Positions 39,124 through 53,940 of a DNA stretch of 64,000 bases are shown piece by piece (positions within the stretch are counted from its first letter, which is position 1; every line of letters starts with the position of its first letter). The position numbers were made by a program, and so were the translations under genes. The notes beneath the pieces are model-generated. The model made no database searches. It saw only the letters and a list, made by a program, of their open reading frames with translations, and was not told the DNA's origin. Source of the DNA: Callorhinchus milii (lineage: Eukaryota); NCBI RefSeq assembly GCF_018977255.1, contig NW_024704743.1, positions 101,248,001 to 101,312,000 on the forward strand. Reading direction: 5' to 3'.

Positions 39124-42100
39124 ATTGAAGAGAGTATTGCCTGAACGCAACAAATTCTTACAGCAATCTAACCTTTATCATCTTTGAAATAAAATAATTT
39201 TAGGCAGTTGTGTTCTATTTGTGCTATGATGGCTGGATTACCTTCAAACTGTAAAATATTCCCTTAATTTCCCCTCAGGATTTTAGGGAATTGCAACGCA
39301 GAGTAATTTGTATGGAAGAAAATTGTTTTCACTGGCAGTCATCAGAAAGCTTTATCATAAAGATCTTTTGTTTTGGGCAGTGGATTGCATTTTGGCTGTA
39401 GCAGCTTTTGACATTTAACTCCTGACCTGTATGATTATGTTCCCAAAGAGGATGAAAGGCTCAATAGGTTCAGTCGGGGAAAAAAGAAAGTAAAGTCCTC
39501 GTTTATTGTGCAAAGTAAGAAAAGGTACAGAAAGCAGTGTGTTAAATATTTGGGTTGGTATCTTCAAAAGAACCCTGAAGCACTTGATACAAATTCTAAG
39601 TGTTTGTTATTACTATACATACAGGGAGATTTTCTGATTTTGTTTAATTTTAAGCTCACATCTCCAAGTTTGGTCACTTAAACAACCAGAGGAGAAAAGG
39701 GTGCACTTGTCCACTATTCCCAATAAATTCATCCCCTTAATTTTCTGCAGTGACTTAGCTTCATACATCAATACCTGGAATATAATTCAGACCCTTTCGA
39801 AATGGTCTCGGCACAAGTCAACCACTTATACACTCAGGCACCAGATCATTCCTCAGAGTGAATTTTAGCAATCCATTTGAAAAGCACATAGAATTAATGG
39901 AATACAGATACCATTTAAAGATTTGAGTTTTAAGGTTCAATTAACCTTTCTCTTATATTAATGATTTTTTTAAAAGCTGAGTAACACTTCAGCAAATTAA
40001 TGTGATATTACATTTCATAGTGAGAAAAGCTATACTATGTTTAAAAAAAAGCTTTGTATATATCAGGATTTTTAACATAAATCAACTTCCATTTTATCAG
40101 TTAAAATTGACTCCCATAATATACATAGGTGTACGTTATGTTTCTTCCTGCTGAACATGTCTTCCCAAAGAAATCTGATTGACTGCTAAGAATCTCCTAT
40201 GTCAGGGAACTTTGAATTAATTGATAGTCTAAGTAGGTTTGTATCTGAAAAAGTAGATGGAGTTGGAGGAATTAGTGCAAGGTTGAGAGTGACATGGGCG
40301 ATATTAGCATGTGTACTGGTTGGTGTAAGTTGGAAAATTAGTAGGAAAATACATTGGTGTTCTTAGTAACCATAACTTGAAAGTGGTTGAAAATTTCATT
40401 TTTATAAGACCAAGACCTGTGGAGTTTTGGCTTCTTAAATCTGCATATATCTATAAAGCCCGTTGAATTCATAAGTGTTGTAATATGTGTAGTGTCTTAA
40501 GTTCACTTTTGTTTCTGGAGAGAAATCACCCAAGTATTTTTCCATCTTCCAATATTCTTGTGCAAATATAACCAGTTTTCATATATATTGATCAACCTAG
40601 AGAGGTATTGCAGCATTTTGGGCATTTTTTTCCTGGCTGTGCCAGTGTCCTTTGGTAGCATATGGCAGTGAGCAAATATAGATCTTCCCCTAGCCTTGAT
40701 TAAGTGCCTAGGCTTTACTCAACAAGTCTACTAGACTGCCTGGTTGAAGTTAGGACTGTGCAGAATTATAGTATGGATAGTCCCACCACCGCAGTGCAGT
40801 AGTATACTAAATGACTTACGTCACAAGGTTGCCCATTTGCAGTCCTTAATTGTGAACCATTTTATCGGTGTAGTCAATTCACTGGAACACCATGACTTGA
40901 AGAGGGTAAGTTTTAGAATGTATTTTGGAGTATATTGTACAATATTTGATTCGGGATGGAAAGTGTGGGTGGTGGTGGCTGGTGGGTTGTTTTGCATTGT
41001 AGGTATTATATATGACATTGTAACTGGCTGTTTTAACACATTGCCAGAGCAGCTGATTGTTGTCTTATATGCCATATTGATTTCTGCCACTAAAGGTTGC
41101 TTACACTTTTGTATAATTTGCTTAACAGCTGATGGTTCCAGAAATCTGGTGTTGCATGTTAGGCTTCAAGAACCGGGGATGTAGACTTTGTTTGCACAAG
41201 AGCAATGCGGCTTTTGAGCATCAATGCCAATTTTAAATCAAATGGCAGGTGGATGAGAAAGCAATGTCCAACTGAGGGTTGTGGAAGTGAATCAGGAAAA
41301 GTGCTGAAGCAGAATTTTCAACTCGTTACAATTTAATAAGCTTATTATGTTTATGTATAAACAACTTCATTCTCTGTCTTGTCTGCATAGAGTGTGCATC
41401 TGATCCTTTTGCCACTGATTGGTTATGGATCAGAAAGTGCAGTTAAAGAATTTCTATCATTTTCTGTGACTTGTTTTTTTAAAATCATACTGGGCTGTCT
41501 GAATCCATTTTGAAATCCAAATTGCAAGTGAATGCATTGCAGGTTGCAGAACCTGAAGTTGAGCATTGTAATTTCTGAAATTAGTCTCTACTATACTACA
41601 GCAGCAAATATGAATATTAATGTCTGTATCTTGTGCCTTGTTGATTATTAAGTTGATTTAATACAGACTTGTAGATTATACAGTCTGTAGTAACTATTTG
41701 AGTATTTAGTAAATGTATTATATTGTTTTTTCTGAGATTTCAATGTTACAATTGCTTAAACAGTTGTAAAGCAGAATTTGCTTAGTATGGTTGTATTATA
41801 AAAGCTATCTAAAATGATTTGCATGTACTATTAAAATGGCCGAATAATTGTCAGTAACTTAACTTCAAGGTTAGCTTTCTAACACTAATATCTAAAATTA
41901 ATTTGTGTAATTCAGATGATACAAAAAAGTCAAGATACAAAATAAGCTAGTGAAAAGAGCATAGGAGCTATACAATAGCAGCATTTTTTTAAAAAAAACC
42001 TTGTTTTATTAGTAAAAAAAAGATTTCAAAAGCCAGTTCTAAACTAAATTGATAGCTATAAATTAATAAGCTGAAGATAGGGAGGCCTTACACTCACTTA

Positions 42101-44140
42101 ATGATCGGTCTGCACCTATTGTTGGCTTACCCATGTTACGCATATATTGATGTGCCATAGCAATATTCCAAGATTGTAGCTTTGCGACCATCAGCTTCTC
42201 TTTCCAGTTGGATGGCAAATAGCCATGCAAATTGCTAGGTTTGGGGGAAACATACATCAGCAGCTCCTTGCAGCCAAACAGGCCTAAAGTGGGAGAGGGC
42301 ACTTAGTTTGTACTATGAATCTATCACTTACAATAATCTTATCAGATAATTCAAGGTGAGATGGGATGCATTTCAAAAGTTATAAACTTCTGCTTTTTTT
42401 TGTATTTGTTCGTAATGCTTTTTAGATATAACTGCAGGTTTGCCTTGTCTATATTTTGTGTAGAATGTTCATAAGCAGTGAAATGTGTTCCAAATATTTG
42501 GCTTCAAGTAGCTAAATGAAAGCAACAACTAGCTGCAGAGCAAGACTGCCTTTGTCTTGTATTATTCTTATTTATTTAGTATTTCTCTAACTACAAATCA
42601 GATTTAGCATCTTTTTCTGTTGTGCGCTTATTCCTCAAAAATAAGTTTGGGACACGCATGGCAACTTGTATTACTTTATTGTGTTATGCTAAAATGAACC
42701 TGTTCATAAAGTTAATGTGTAATTTTTAGCTAAATAGTTCAGTTATTTTAATGCTATATAAGTAAATTGATTTGCTTATATTTATATAATGAAATCTCTT
42801 AACGTTTTTGCTAAATTGATTGAAATGCACGGTTATTAGATTACTTCATAAATTGTCATTCAAATATTGGTGACTGCTGGATAAGTGGACATTTTGGATT
42901 TGACTTTCCATTTACAAAGCGGAATTCCCCATGATCTGCTTTGTTCATAGAATCATAGAATTATACAGCACAGAAGGAGGCCATTCGGCTCATCGTGTCT
43001 GTGTCGGCTCTTTGAAAAGAGCTGTCCAAATCAATCCCACTCCCCCGCGCTCTCCCTACAGCCCTGCAAACTTGTCCTCCTCAAGGAGTTTTTTTTTCTA
43101 AAGTTCTCTTTTTAAAAATTGGCTCTAAAAATTAGGCGGGTTAGTTTTGAAGCATTTGTTTATTAAAAGGGCAACTCCTGTCCAGCACGTCTGCTTATCC
43201 TTACTTTTTAATACTGGGTGTTGTCTAAATGCAGCAGAACTATGCTTTATCATTGATTTTAACATAATGAGGCCAAAACTTGATAAATAAAGACCATTCA
43301 TATGCCTTGGACAAACAGCCTGACATTTCAAATCAAAGTAAACAAGAATGTACCAATGTGGGGAAATCTTAATACTGACTTACACTAACTTGTGGGAAAA
43401 ATTTTACACTTGTTCTTTGTATGTCTGTAATTAATGCCAGTGAGCATTTTGTAAGTGGTCTGAAAGTTGAACTGTGCCTACTGTATGAATGCAAGAGGTG
43501 CTGAACACCTTATCATTGAGGACAAAGGTGATGCTTTTTATTTAATTAGCACGTGGATGGTTGTCTCCTATGAACTTATGTCAGTTTAGTGTGAAAACTA
43601 GATTTTAAAAAAAATTGTGTATTTCCACTTCAAGTGATTACCAATATTTTCCACTTCTTACATGTATCTCCATATCCAGAATGGAAATTAAAGCAGTAAC
43701 TTAATTCTTTAACTTGAATTTATGAACAGTAAAAGTTTAGATAAAATACATGTTCTGAATTTGGCCTATTTCAGGCCTGAGATACAGCACATTGTTTTGC
43801 AGCAGCAAATTAATTGTTAATCTGAAAGGAAACTTGAGAGTAAACCACTATTTTGTTTCTGATCATGGATACATGGTGGTGTTTCACACATCTTTAACTT
43901 CTCTTTACAGACTATAATTTTGTATATTTTAAGCAAGGCCTGAAATTAGTTGACTAAACTACCTTTTGTCCTATATATGTATATCACTGTGTCTGTATAA
44001 TATTGAGTAATTTCCACATTAAACAAATTGGCTTGAATACTTACCTTTGTCTAGGTAATGTAAAGTATAATTGTTTGGGATTTTTTTTCTAAGAGAGAAA
44101 TGTTTAAAAATCCATGTATTGTAATATATTAAATGTTCAT
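39124..44140 (+). other. MIB1: Probable long MIB1 3'UTR (end uncertain)
   Basis: About 5 kb AT-rich and almost TE-free after the stop, unlike the TE-dense introns. AATAAA near 39188 and 39722; ATTAAA near 44018 and 44128, after which TE relics resume. Mammalian MIB1 has a multi-kb 3'UTR. Confidence 0.55.
42945..43085 (-). mobile_element. CR1 3' end inside the putative 3'UTR
   Basis: (CATAGAAT)2 tail; reverse complement of the 6225-6353 type 3'UTR. Confidence 0.9.
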
Positions 44141-45434
44141 CTAAAACTCTTTAGCAGAAGTTCTCACCCTCACTAGGCTCCACACCCTGGCCTCACAAAG
44201 CTGTACTAGCTCCCTGTACCTCAGCAGATCAACTTTTAATTGTCGTGACCTTCAAATCCATCCACTGTTTTACCCCTCCCTAATTATTCAATCTTGAACA
44301 CTATTGTGCCTGTACCCTTCGGCTCTTCCAGACCTGATTTGTTACTTGGTCTCCAATCCTTCCTTCCTATCTCTTGCAAATTTCCCTTGTCTCACTTTCT
44401 CACCCCTACCTTCAATTGCTCTTAAAAAAAACATCTTTTTGTTTAAGCATTAGAGTGAACAGCATAGAGTTATCCTCAATTCAGTGTCAAACAATCTTGC
44501 TTATCGAGCTGATGTATGTGGGTCATGCACTTGCTAAAGAGTGGATTACGCTGGGGTTAAGGCATATTGTTGAGTCAGTGTTATACATTGCTCTAAACGC
44601 AGGAGATGTAACTCATTAATGAGAAGTAATAGCACTGGAGTGAGTGGAGCTAGCAACATTCTATGTAATCACAGATGTTTGATGCTGCAAGAGCACTCAA
44701 CCAGAGCAATCTCTGGCAATACCTAACTTTGGTTCAGGATCTCAGCTGCTGGCCGGCCCTTCTCAAGAAACATCCAAAGAATAAGGTACAACTCGCTGCA
44801 AGTTTACCTACAATCTAAAGTTCTCCTGAATTGGTGAAACTGCTCTGATCAGAAGACTTGCTGCCTCAGTCTTTAACTCCACTAAAATGTAAAAAGGTTC
44901 AAGTTTGTTTTCTTGGCTCCAGCTGGAGCTTGTATCTGCAGAGAAGACACTTTTTATTTGACTTGAATTAATTCAGTAATGTTCCTGATAAATGTTACAC
45001 AAAGTAACCAATCTAGGGCAAGAGTGTGTGTTTCCTGAAAGAGTTTGCAAGGTCAACATCAGAGTTTTATGAAGTTTTTGTCCGGGGCACGATTCCAAAT
45101 CAGGATGGATCTGTATCAATCTCACAAAATCACGCTTATCTACTGACCAGTAACATTAATGCTGCAGTCAGTTTCCCGTATCTTTAAAACAACTCTCGCA
45201 CATAGATAACATGCAACCTGACACCATGATCCTTTATTGGTACTTTGTCAGTGGCAGCTCAATATCTTGCTTTGCAGGGGGCATTTGTGTGAAGTCGTTT
45301 CATAGAAAGTACAGCTCAGAAACAGGTCATTCAGACCATCCAGTCTGCCTGGTGCTTACACTCCACACAAGTGTCCCTGCCAGATTCACACGGGTCTCCA
45401 TCCTAGTTTTACTATTAACCTACAGGTGGCATTA

Positions 45435-46360
45435 ATCACATCCAGGCTCGACTATGCTATCTCCCTGCTCATTGGCCTTCACAACTGTTCTCTCCGCGAG
45501 TTGCAGATCATCCAGAATTCTGCAGCTCATGACCTCTCTCGCAACAGGCTTCATGACACTTAACCCCATCCCCAGAGGGTAGAGTTTAAAATCCTTGTCC
45601 TTGCCTTCAAAGCTGTCCACAGCCTTGTTCCTCCCTGCCTCTGTGACCTGCTAACTCCACATCGAATTGTCTGCTCCCTCTGCTCAGCTTGTTCCATGTC
45701 CCCCACCTGGTTCGCCCCACCATCAGAGCTCAGGCCTTCAGCCTCCTTGCCTCCCAACCTAACATAACATGTAGGAGTAGGCCATTCGGCTCTTCGAGCC
45801 TGCCCCACTATTCAATCATGGCTGATGTTCTAATCTAACTCCAGCTAATAACCTAACCCTGCCTTATCCCCATATCCCTTAATCACTTTTGCAATAATAA
45901 ATCTATCTATCTCAGTCTTGGATATGTTCAAGGACTGAGTGTCAACAGCCCTTTGGGGTAGCGAGTTCCATACATTCACCACCCTTTGAGTGAAAAAGTT
46001 CTTCCTCAACTCAGTGTGAAAGGGTTGGCCTCTGATTTTAAGGTTGTGACCCCTGGTTTTAGTTTCTCCAACCAGGGGAAACAATCTCCCACTATCTACT
46101 CTATCATGCCCTTTGATGATCTTATAGGTTTCTATAAAATTCTGTCTAATTCTTCTATATTCTAGAGAATATAGGCCCAAATTGGTCAGTCTATCCTCGT
46201 AATTCATCCCAACTCCATCCCACAGTCCCCCTTCACCTCACTCCCTTGCCTCCTTCAAGGAGCGTCTGAAGACCGACTACACCTTTGGTCTCCCTCCCTG
46301 CTCTCCACCCTTCTTGACCTCCAAATCTTTTAACTGTACAGCCTTGAGACATCGTCCTAT
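45435..46360 (+). mobile_element. Old L2 3' fragment split by a CR1
   Basis: SRLDY/LQIIQN-coding sequence 45435-45758, resuming at 46207. Confidence 0.8.
45759..46207 (-). mobile_element. CR1 3' end of a second family (HER1-like tail)
   Basis: ORF 45845..46207(-) YEDRLTNLGLYSLEYRR...FFTQRVVNVWNSLP; flanked by TCCCAAC at 45752 and 46207. Confidence 0.9.
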
Positions 46361-46899
46361 TCATTGATGAATCTGAATAATAGTTAACACAAGGATAAGG
46401 TTTAGAAGTGATAGCGGCGTTGAAATTCCATGTTGATGTTTACACATGCGTGAAGGACACTTAGGTGAGATACCAAAAAGTGGAGAACTATATCTCAAAG
46501 AAAGAAAAAAAATCAATTACCTTCAGAAAGGGGGAAAAACTGCAAGTAAAAAGAGCTCAAGATAGTAGTCGGGTTTGACCCACCCAGATGTTGTCTCATC
46601 CTTTTTACTAAAACAGCCACTAATACTATTCAGTGTGGTCACAATTTATTCTGGGGAACAAAAATCATGCTATTTTCTCTTTGGTGGCAGACAAAATTAA
46701 TTTACACAAAGTACAATAATGTGAAGCATAGCATTTTTGCTCTGGTGATCACAATTGAGTACTGTAGAAAATTGATGGTTCTTGTAGAAGAATACTCCTG
46801 CCTTGGAGAATATTAGAACAAATTAATTTAATTATAATCTATATTTACTGTAAATGAGAAATTATGTCACTGAAATAGCTCCTTTTTTATATTCCTAGT

Positions 46900-47220
46900 T
46901 ACAGCTTAGCTCATTTGATAGCACTCTTGCCTCTGGGTGAGAAGGTTGTGCCTTTGAGCCCCATGTTGGGACTTTGAGCTTACAGTCTAGGCTGACAATC
47001 CAATGCAGTGCTGGTGGGTGCCTGGTTGAGTGGTCATGGCACTTTCTAAACAGAAGAGAGTTTCTTCTGCTGACCTGGCCAACAATTCCCCAAGTAAAAT
47101 TGGTCAGTTACTTCATGGCTGTGTTCAAATTGGCTGCCACATATGCCTACAAATACGAAGTGCTTTGAGATGTCTTGTCAACATGGTGAGCGCTATAACA
47201 AATAAAAGAATTGTTATGAA
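46900..47220 (+). mobile_element. Older tRNA-headed Deu SINE
   Basis: Head cttagctcatttgatagcactcttgcctctg, Deu-like body, degenerate tail. Confidence 0.7.
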
Positions 47221-50200
47221 CAACTTTCACTTGACCAGTTCATTTAGTTTACATGCTGGAATACATAGCCAGAGGCTGCAACTGGCAGTAGGCTTTGTAT
47301 TCTTGATGGAGGAATATGCTTCTCCCAGTACAGGAATGTTTCAATGTATTTTTTTCCAAGTTAAGAGGTGGTATCAAGTGTGACCAATCAAAAGGGATTG
47401 GATTCTACCCTAGAATCCAAATAGATAAAAGTTAAATTTACATGTTTCACCTTGCACAGAATGGTGCTCCTAGTCTGGGCCTCTCAGGCATGTGAAGTAT
47501 TTGCCAGTGCTAGCAAGTCATTAACTCTTCCAAATTCAATGAAACCTTTTCATCACAACATTAATAAGATATAGTTTACATTTCTCAAATTACTGAAAGG
47601 TCAGATTTAGTTTGAAGGTAACTTTAGGTTTAGATTATGCTCTCTTTTTTCCCATCCCCCAATAGCTACCTCTTTTCAGTTGTGTTTTAAAGTTGGTTGT
47701 TGATTTTGTAATAGTTTTCAATGTGAGCTCCTCCAAAACTTAATATTATAGTAGGAATTAACATTTACATTCAATATACAGTAGCACCTTTTGAGTCAGG
47801 AGCATGACTGCTTTACAGAATTTACTGTAAGGTCTAGTGACTGTAATTTGTAGTTAAATGTAGCAGCCAATTTGCACACAGCAATGTCCCGCAAAAGCCA
47901 CAAAGTGAACGATCATATGCGAATGAGAGTGCAGTACCACTTATGCACGCAATGAGAAGCCCTTGGACAGACTGATATGGGCTATGATATTGGATTGCTT
48001 AAGGATGGGAGATGTAGAGGAGGAAAAGTACATCACCCATCGCCTGCCCTTCCTCTTTCCCCTCATCTAAACTTCCCTCCTCCAAAACATGCTTCTGCCC
48101 ACCCCTGTCAGTCATAAATTATATCCTCTCTGCCTGCCACCAGGGCTCCATGTCTCCTTGACTTCTCCATTACATTTTGACTATCACTCCTCACCAGATT
48201 CTCTCCTCCTGGCTTAGCTCTCGCCAGGTACCAAGTATATGAATCTACAGTTGCTCGTTCCATGGAACCTTTACAGAACCTGCTTTGTTCAATCTTCATC
48301 ACTCCTTTTAAGCTTTACATCCAATTCCTTAAAAGTCTTTCCTACATCTCTATAATATCACCCACCTCTATCAGTATCAAATCCTAACACAGCCCAAACC
48401 CTAATCCACTTGTTCATGCACCATAGTCACACCAGACTTCACTCTTCCAATGCCCTGCTCCATGGCCTGCAGTTCTGTGGGAGTCTAGGGTTAATGAACA
48501 TATGTTCATATGTGCAGGGCTTGGAATTCCTCTTGCTTGGTTTGCAGAGCGGTAAACAGCTGTTGCTCAAGTTCCACACCTCCCACCATCACTCAATGGG
48601 TAGGGATGTGTAATTGAGTTGTGGGCAGGAAGATGGTGGCAATGGTCTCTGGGACACCTTGTGAGGGCTCAAACCTGCGCTTGTTGAATGTTAAATGACC
48701 AACAGATGACTATCCTCTGGGGGAGGGGAGTGGGGTAGTAAGTGGGTTGTCCTGGAGCTGAACTGGCTTCTGAATGTGCTGTAAGCTTTTGAAGAGGTGA
48801 AATCGTGGATAAATAATGAGCAAGTAAATTAAGTTATCAACTACATAGGTTACAAACCTAAATAGCCAAATATAATATTCTTTCAGTAACCCCCTGCTCC
48901 CAAGCCGTTTGTCTGGGTCATATCTAGTAAGGAAGTAAACTCAAAGAAATGAATCAGTATGGGTACAATTCTGAATAATTTTACAGTTATACAAAACAGT
49001 TCCCGGAAACATTTTTTACCAGTCAAGTATGAGATCATCCAACAGGGAGTTTAAATGGCATATGGAGAGCTCACGTACATAGTAGAGCATTGTGCTAACA
49101 TGGGAATTGGCTGAGTCCGCTCAACTGTGAGTGACTTTGAACCCAGCAATTTGACTTTGAAGATACACAAACTGATTTGGCTATTTGCTGTCTAAGCACC
49201 ATATTGCTGATGCCTCAGAGCAAGCAGTTAGGAGTTTCTTTGGCAAGGATTGCTTTCTTTTAACTTGTTAGTTGGTGAAAACATTTCCTAATCGAAGTTT
49301 GTAATGTGGTAATTAGAAATAATTTATCATGTCCTCTAGTAACTGTTAATAATAAATTACTAGGTAACAGCTTTTTAATGTATGTCAAATGCAGATGGTG
49401 GGAAATTGTATGGTAACTACTGTAAAAGTAAATCACTGATTCCCTTCAGGCCTGTGTGTGTTTTATAAACTGATTGACTTTGACGTGTCTTCAGCTTCAA
49501 AGGTGAATGGACTTGGGGTTACGTATGGTTACAAACTGAACTGCAGTGTCAATGGAAATGTCAGTGAAATCCTGTCACAATTAGATTTAGTTCAGAAGCA
49601 GATTCTTTTATAGCCTGTTTTATTCCTGTATGGATTAGGGATTACAATTGCTACTTTTTACCTGGTCCAACCCGAGCCAGGGTTATGTTAGGGGTGGGAG
49701 TATAGCTTGAATTGTGAGGGTGAAAAATAATTTAAAACCACCATTTCCACTTCAATACAAACAAAAGTGGAAATAGTTAATTTTATTTTAAGAACATATG
49801 ATCTATGTCCTCTCCAAATAGGACTTTTTCCATTTTTTTAAAAAAAATGAAATGACTTGTTTCTTTCTGAGCCTTGAAAAGTCAGATTCAGTCCCATGGT
49901 CTCTGTCACCTCTCCAATGCTGGTAGTTAAAATTGTACTCGGCATCCCTTGTCTACTTGGAAGAAAATGCACGCAAGGTTCCTCTTGTACACATACGTTT
50001 CGCCCACAAATATACCATTTACAGTATATTCAGTATAGTAAATATACACTTTACAGTATATTCTGTGATGCGCTTTGAGACTTCTAGAAGACATGAAAAG
50101 CGCTATATCAAATGCAAGGATTATTATTATTAATATTCAGTGACTGCTACTAGAAGCACAAAATGAGAAAAGTTGTAGCACAACCACAAAGTCCTAAAAG

Positions 50201-52881
50201 TGCCAAACCTCCTCAACTTCAGCTCTACATAACTGCATTTGTCAGCAAGCACAGACTGAGATAAAAGAAGCAAAAATGTAATATTTTTACAAGGTTGAAG
50301 GCTATTTATCTGATTTATTTGTTGAAATAAATGGCAGGAAGGGCAATCTCATTCCATCCAAAATAATGTCAGCAAGTTTCATCGTTATTGCAACCATCCC
50401 AACTATAACTCATTTGGGATTGCTAACATCTTACTGATCAGTGTTTGACAGACTTAAATTGTACACAACACAAAATTCCTGTTGGGATTGGGATGATGTG
50501 CTGGATTTGTTTGGCATTTACAGCACTACTTGCTGCGAGCTCCAGTAAAGTAAAGCGAGGGGGCAGTAAAGTAAATGAATGGGGACTTTCTGACATGCTG
50601 TAATTATGCTTCCCTTTGTTACATGTGAGGTGGCGTCAATGTGATGGTAAAGCATGGTATAAGATCTGAATGTCTCCTAGATCTGAAAGCTTGATTGGAT
50701 GTAGCAATGCTTGTGCAGATTTTGCTTTTATTAAATGTCATTGGAGTTTGAACCTGGTTAACACCCATAATTCATTTTAAGACTCCCACGATCCTGTGCA
50801 TTTAATACAATTATTCATAGGGCAGAGTTCCACACAACTAATTACCACTGGCTCCAACAATTTACCAACTAACCTACCTCACTGATAAGAGAATGGAGGA
50901 AAAGAGGCATACATTTGTTATTCACCATCCTTTGGAGATAGTTTTAAAATAACCACAGATAAGTGACTTTGACCTGGGTCAAAGGCGAGTATGATTTGTT
51001 CAGCTTCTCTAGATCAGGGCACTTCTCTACCTGCCAGGCTGAGTGATTTAACCATCTGAGGGACTGTACCTACATCCAAAATTTTAAAATGAATTTATTG
51101 TTTCGATTTTAGTGATCTTGAACAGAGAGCAAGAGCTAATTTGCTCAAACTGTACATTATAGCTTTACCTCAATCTTGTCAAAGTGAATGCAGATAATTA
51201 TTTCAGATGATTTTTTGGAGAGAAGGTAATAATCCTCACATTTCATACAATGTCTTTATCACATAAAAAAAATTTGTAGGTAAATGTGGCAGCAAATTTG
51301 CACAGCAATGGTCACAAACAACTGAGTAAATGATCAATTCCATTTTTTAAAAAAAATGTATTGTGTCCAATTATTTTTCTCACTAACATTGTATATTTCT
51401 GTTCCTGGTTATTGTCTCCTCTTTACTGAGTATAGTAAGCACTGGTAGCCTATCTAAGTGGTCAATGTACATGTGTGAGCCTTGGCCGTGAGTGAGTGTC
51501 AGCAGGCCACTTGGTTGTAGAAGGTATCACAGCCAAGTATGACCCATCTGCTACACACATTCATAACCTGTAGAGTGAGCTAAAGAGGGATCAGGAGCAC
51601 AAACTCTATCTAGTTTTACCTTCCCTCGCCTTGAAGAGTCCAGATGCAATCCTGGCTGAGACCGATTAACACAGCATGACCAAGAATGCGAACCAGTGAG
51701 CTTCTGGTTTGGAAACTCTATGTGAACTACACCATTTTTTTCGTCTGGGGAGGATTGTTGGGAGTTGCTGGGAGTAGATCCCTTCTCCTTTCAAGTTGTG
51801 CCATGGGATCTTTAACATCCACCTGAAGGCAGACAGAAAAAGTTTAACATTACTCTTAAGCATGGTGATGGTTTATCACTGGTGTCAAGACACCCCGCCG
51901 ACCCAAAAAAGAGAAATTTCAGGCCCGTTGTTTCTGTTATTAACATATTGTTTTCCTATGACATAAATGTGTTGAGATTCTGTATCTAACATAAAAAGAA
52001 TAGTGCAGTGCATGGGAAAACCAACATGTGAAATGTATTGTACGCTGAAGGTTTGATCTCAACTTGTGCCATGGAATCTTCAATGTCCACCTGAATAGGC
52101 AGATGGGACCTCGGTAAAGTCTCATCCAAAGGATGACACCCCCAACACACAGGATTGGAGTGTCAGTCTAAGTGATATGAGGTTATAAGGGGCTTGAATG
52201 CACAAGCTTCTGATTTAGTGGTGTGAATGCTCAACTAACCCTGTCTGACACTGAAATCGTGTAGTGGTATTCCCATTATGTATTCCTCTTGTGAACGAAT
52301 TGGCATGTACCAAATAAACAGCATTGTGTTTTCAGTGTTTACAGATTAAAAAATTGACTTTTGCAGAAGTCGCAAATTGCAACAACTGATCAGATCAAAC
52401 TTTTAATGTCATTCAAATCTACAATTCTTTATAGTGTTAATAAAAATGGGTAATCGGAAATGATTACTGCAAACGGAAATCTGATTGGGAGTGAGGGGTT
52501 CAGATAATAAGAAACCACTCAAGCTAAAGTGATCTTTGTTGTCACTTGTATGATATCAAGTTAGTCCCAAATTAGATTGTTTTCTTGTAATCTCTCACAC
52601 CAATTGTTCTCTATGTTTAGACTTTTCAGGATCTCTAAATTTAACATGGATTATCAAATTAACAAGCTTCACTGCACCATGTGCTTTAATGAATTGTATG
52701 TGCGCCACAATGGGGGGGTGAGGTCTGCTGCTTGTGGAAATCCATCAACATGCTTAAGAGATCCAAACCAAACTGTCAGTTCCACATAGGCGCAGACTTC
52801 CCTTTGACTTTGCACACACACACTCTCTCCTGCTCTCTAGAAGCTTGCATCCTGCTCCCTAATTTCAGAAAGTATTAGGAG

Positions 52882-53356
52882 CAACAACAACAACAACTAA
52901 ATTACATTTATCGAGTGCCTTTTGCGACCAAAGACACAATCAAAGAGAAGGGTCTTGAGACCGGCCTTGAAGGAGGCAAGGGAGGAAGCGAGGTGAAGGG
53001 ACAGGAGGATGGAGTTCCAGAGTGTGGGGGCAGAGAGGCTGAAAGCCCGAACACTGATGGTAGGGCGGGTCGGGCGGGAGACATGAAGCAGGCCAGAGCC
53101 CACCGAACGGAGGGAGCGGGCAGGTTGGTAGGGAGTCAGCAGGTCAGAGGGGGTAAGGCCATGGATGGCCTTGAAAGTGAGGATGAGGATCTTGAACTCG
53201 ATCCTCTGTGGGATGGGGAGCCAGTGGAGTCAGGCGAGGGTGGGAGTGATGGGGTTGTAGAGCCTGGTGCGCGAGAGTACATGACCATCAGAGTTTTGGA
53301 TGATCTGCAGCTTGTGAAGGGAAGAGTTAGGAAGGCCGATGAGGAGGAGTTTCTGT
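52882..53356 (-). mobile_element. L2 3' fragment, most of the 3'UTR deleted
   Basis: High identity to 18285-18720; (CAA)5 tail. Confidence 0.92.
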
Positions 53357-53764
53357 AATGGAGCAAGGTTTGGGGATCCAACTCAAGACTAATTTCACAA
53401 ACTCCAAAACATGCAGAACTCTGCCACCCATAGCATTTCCCACACAAGTCTCTGGGAGTCCATCAGCTGCAGTTTCACTGACTCCTTATTGCCCAGCGGA
53501 TCTACTTTAAGATCCTTGTCCTCCCTTTTCACACTCTAAAATGTAACCCTGCGTGAAGGGCAAACCTTTAGCCATTTTGCTCTGCCTTCTGCAATACTCT
53601 TCCCCAAATCCCTCTGATTCATGATTTTCCTCTCTGCTTTCAAATCTTGCCTAAAGTCTTGCCTTTTATTAAAACTGTTCTATCAATAAAGTCCACTCCC
53701 CCTCCTCCCACCCCCACCAGCTTTCCTTTCCAGCTCAAAATCCCACTTCGACTTTTAAATCCTT

Positions 53765-53940
53765 AAAACAAAATTGGTCACTCAATCCATGACTGTGGGA
53801 CACTGCTGTGCGCAATTAGCTACTGCATTTCCCCCACAAAATGTTCAGTCAATTAACTTTACAGTATATTCTGTGAAGGGCTTTGAAATGTTTCGAAGAC
53901 ATGAAAAGGCGCTATATCAATTGCAAGGATTATTATTATT
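53765..53940 (+). mobile_element. SINE 3' fragment nested in an old L2 tail (53470-54000)
   Basis: SINE body and (TTA)n; the host L2 tail resumes at 53941. Confidence 0.8.

Noticed and set aside
40744..41184. 146-aa ORF after the MIB1 stop
   Set aside because: Non-ATG start, no recognisable domain, lies in the probable 3'UTR.
51440..51720. Possible ancient tRNA-SINE (AmnSINE2-like) on the minus strand
   Set aside because: Resemblance rests on memory of a short motif; too degenerate to support without a Dfam search.
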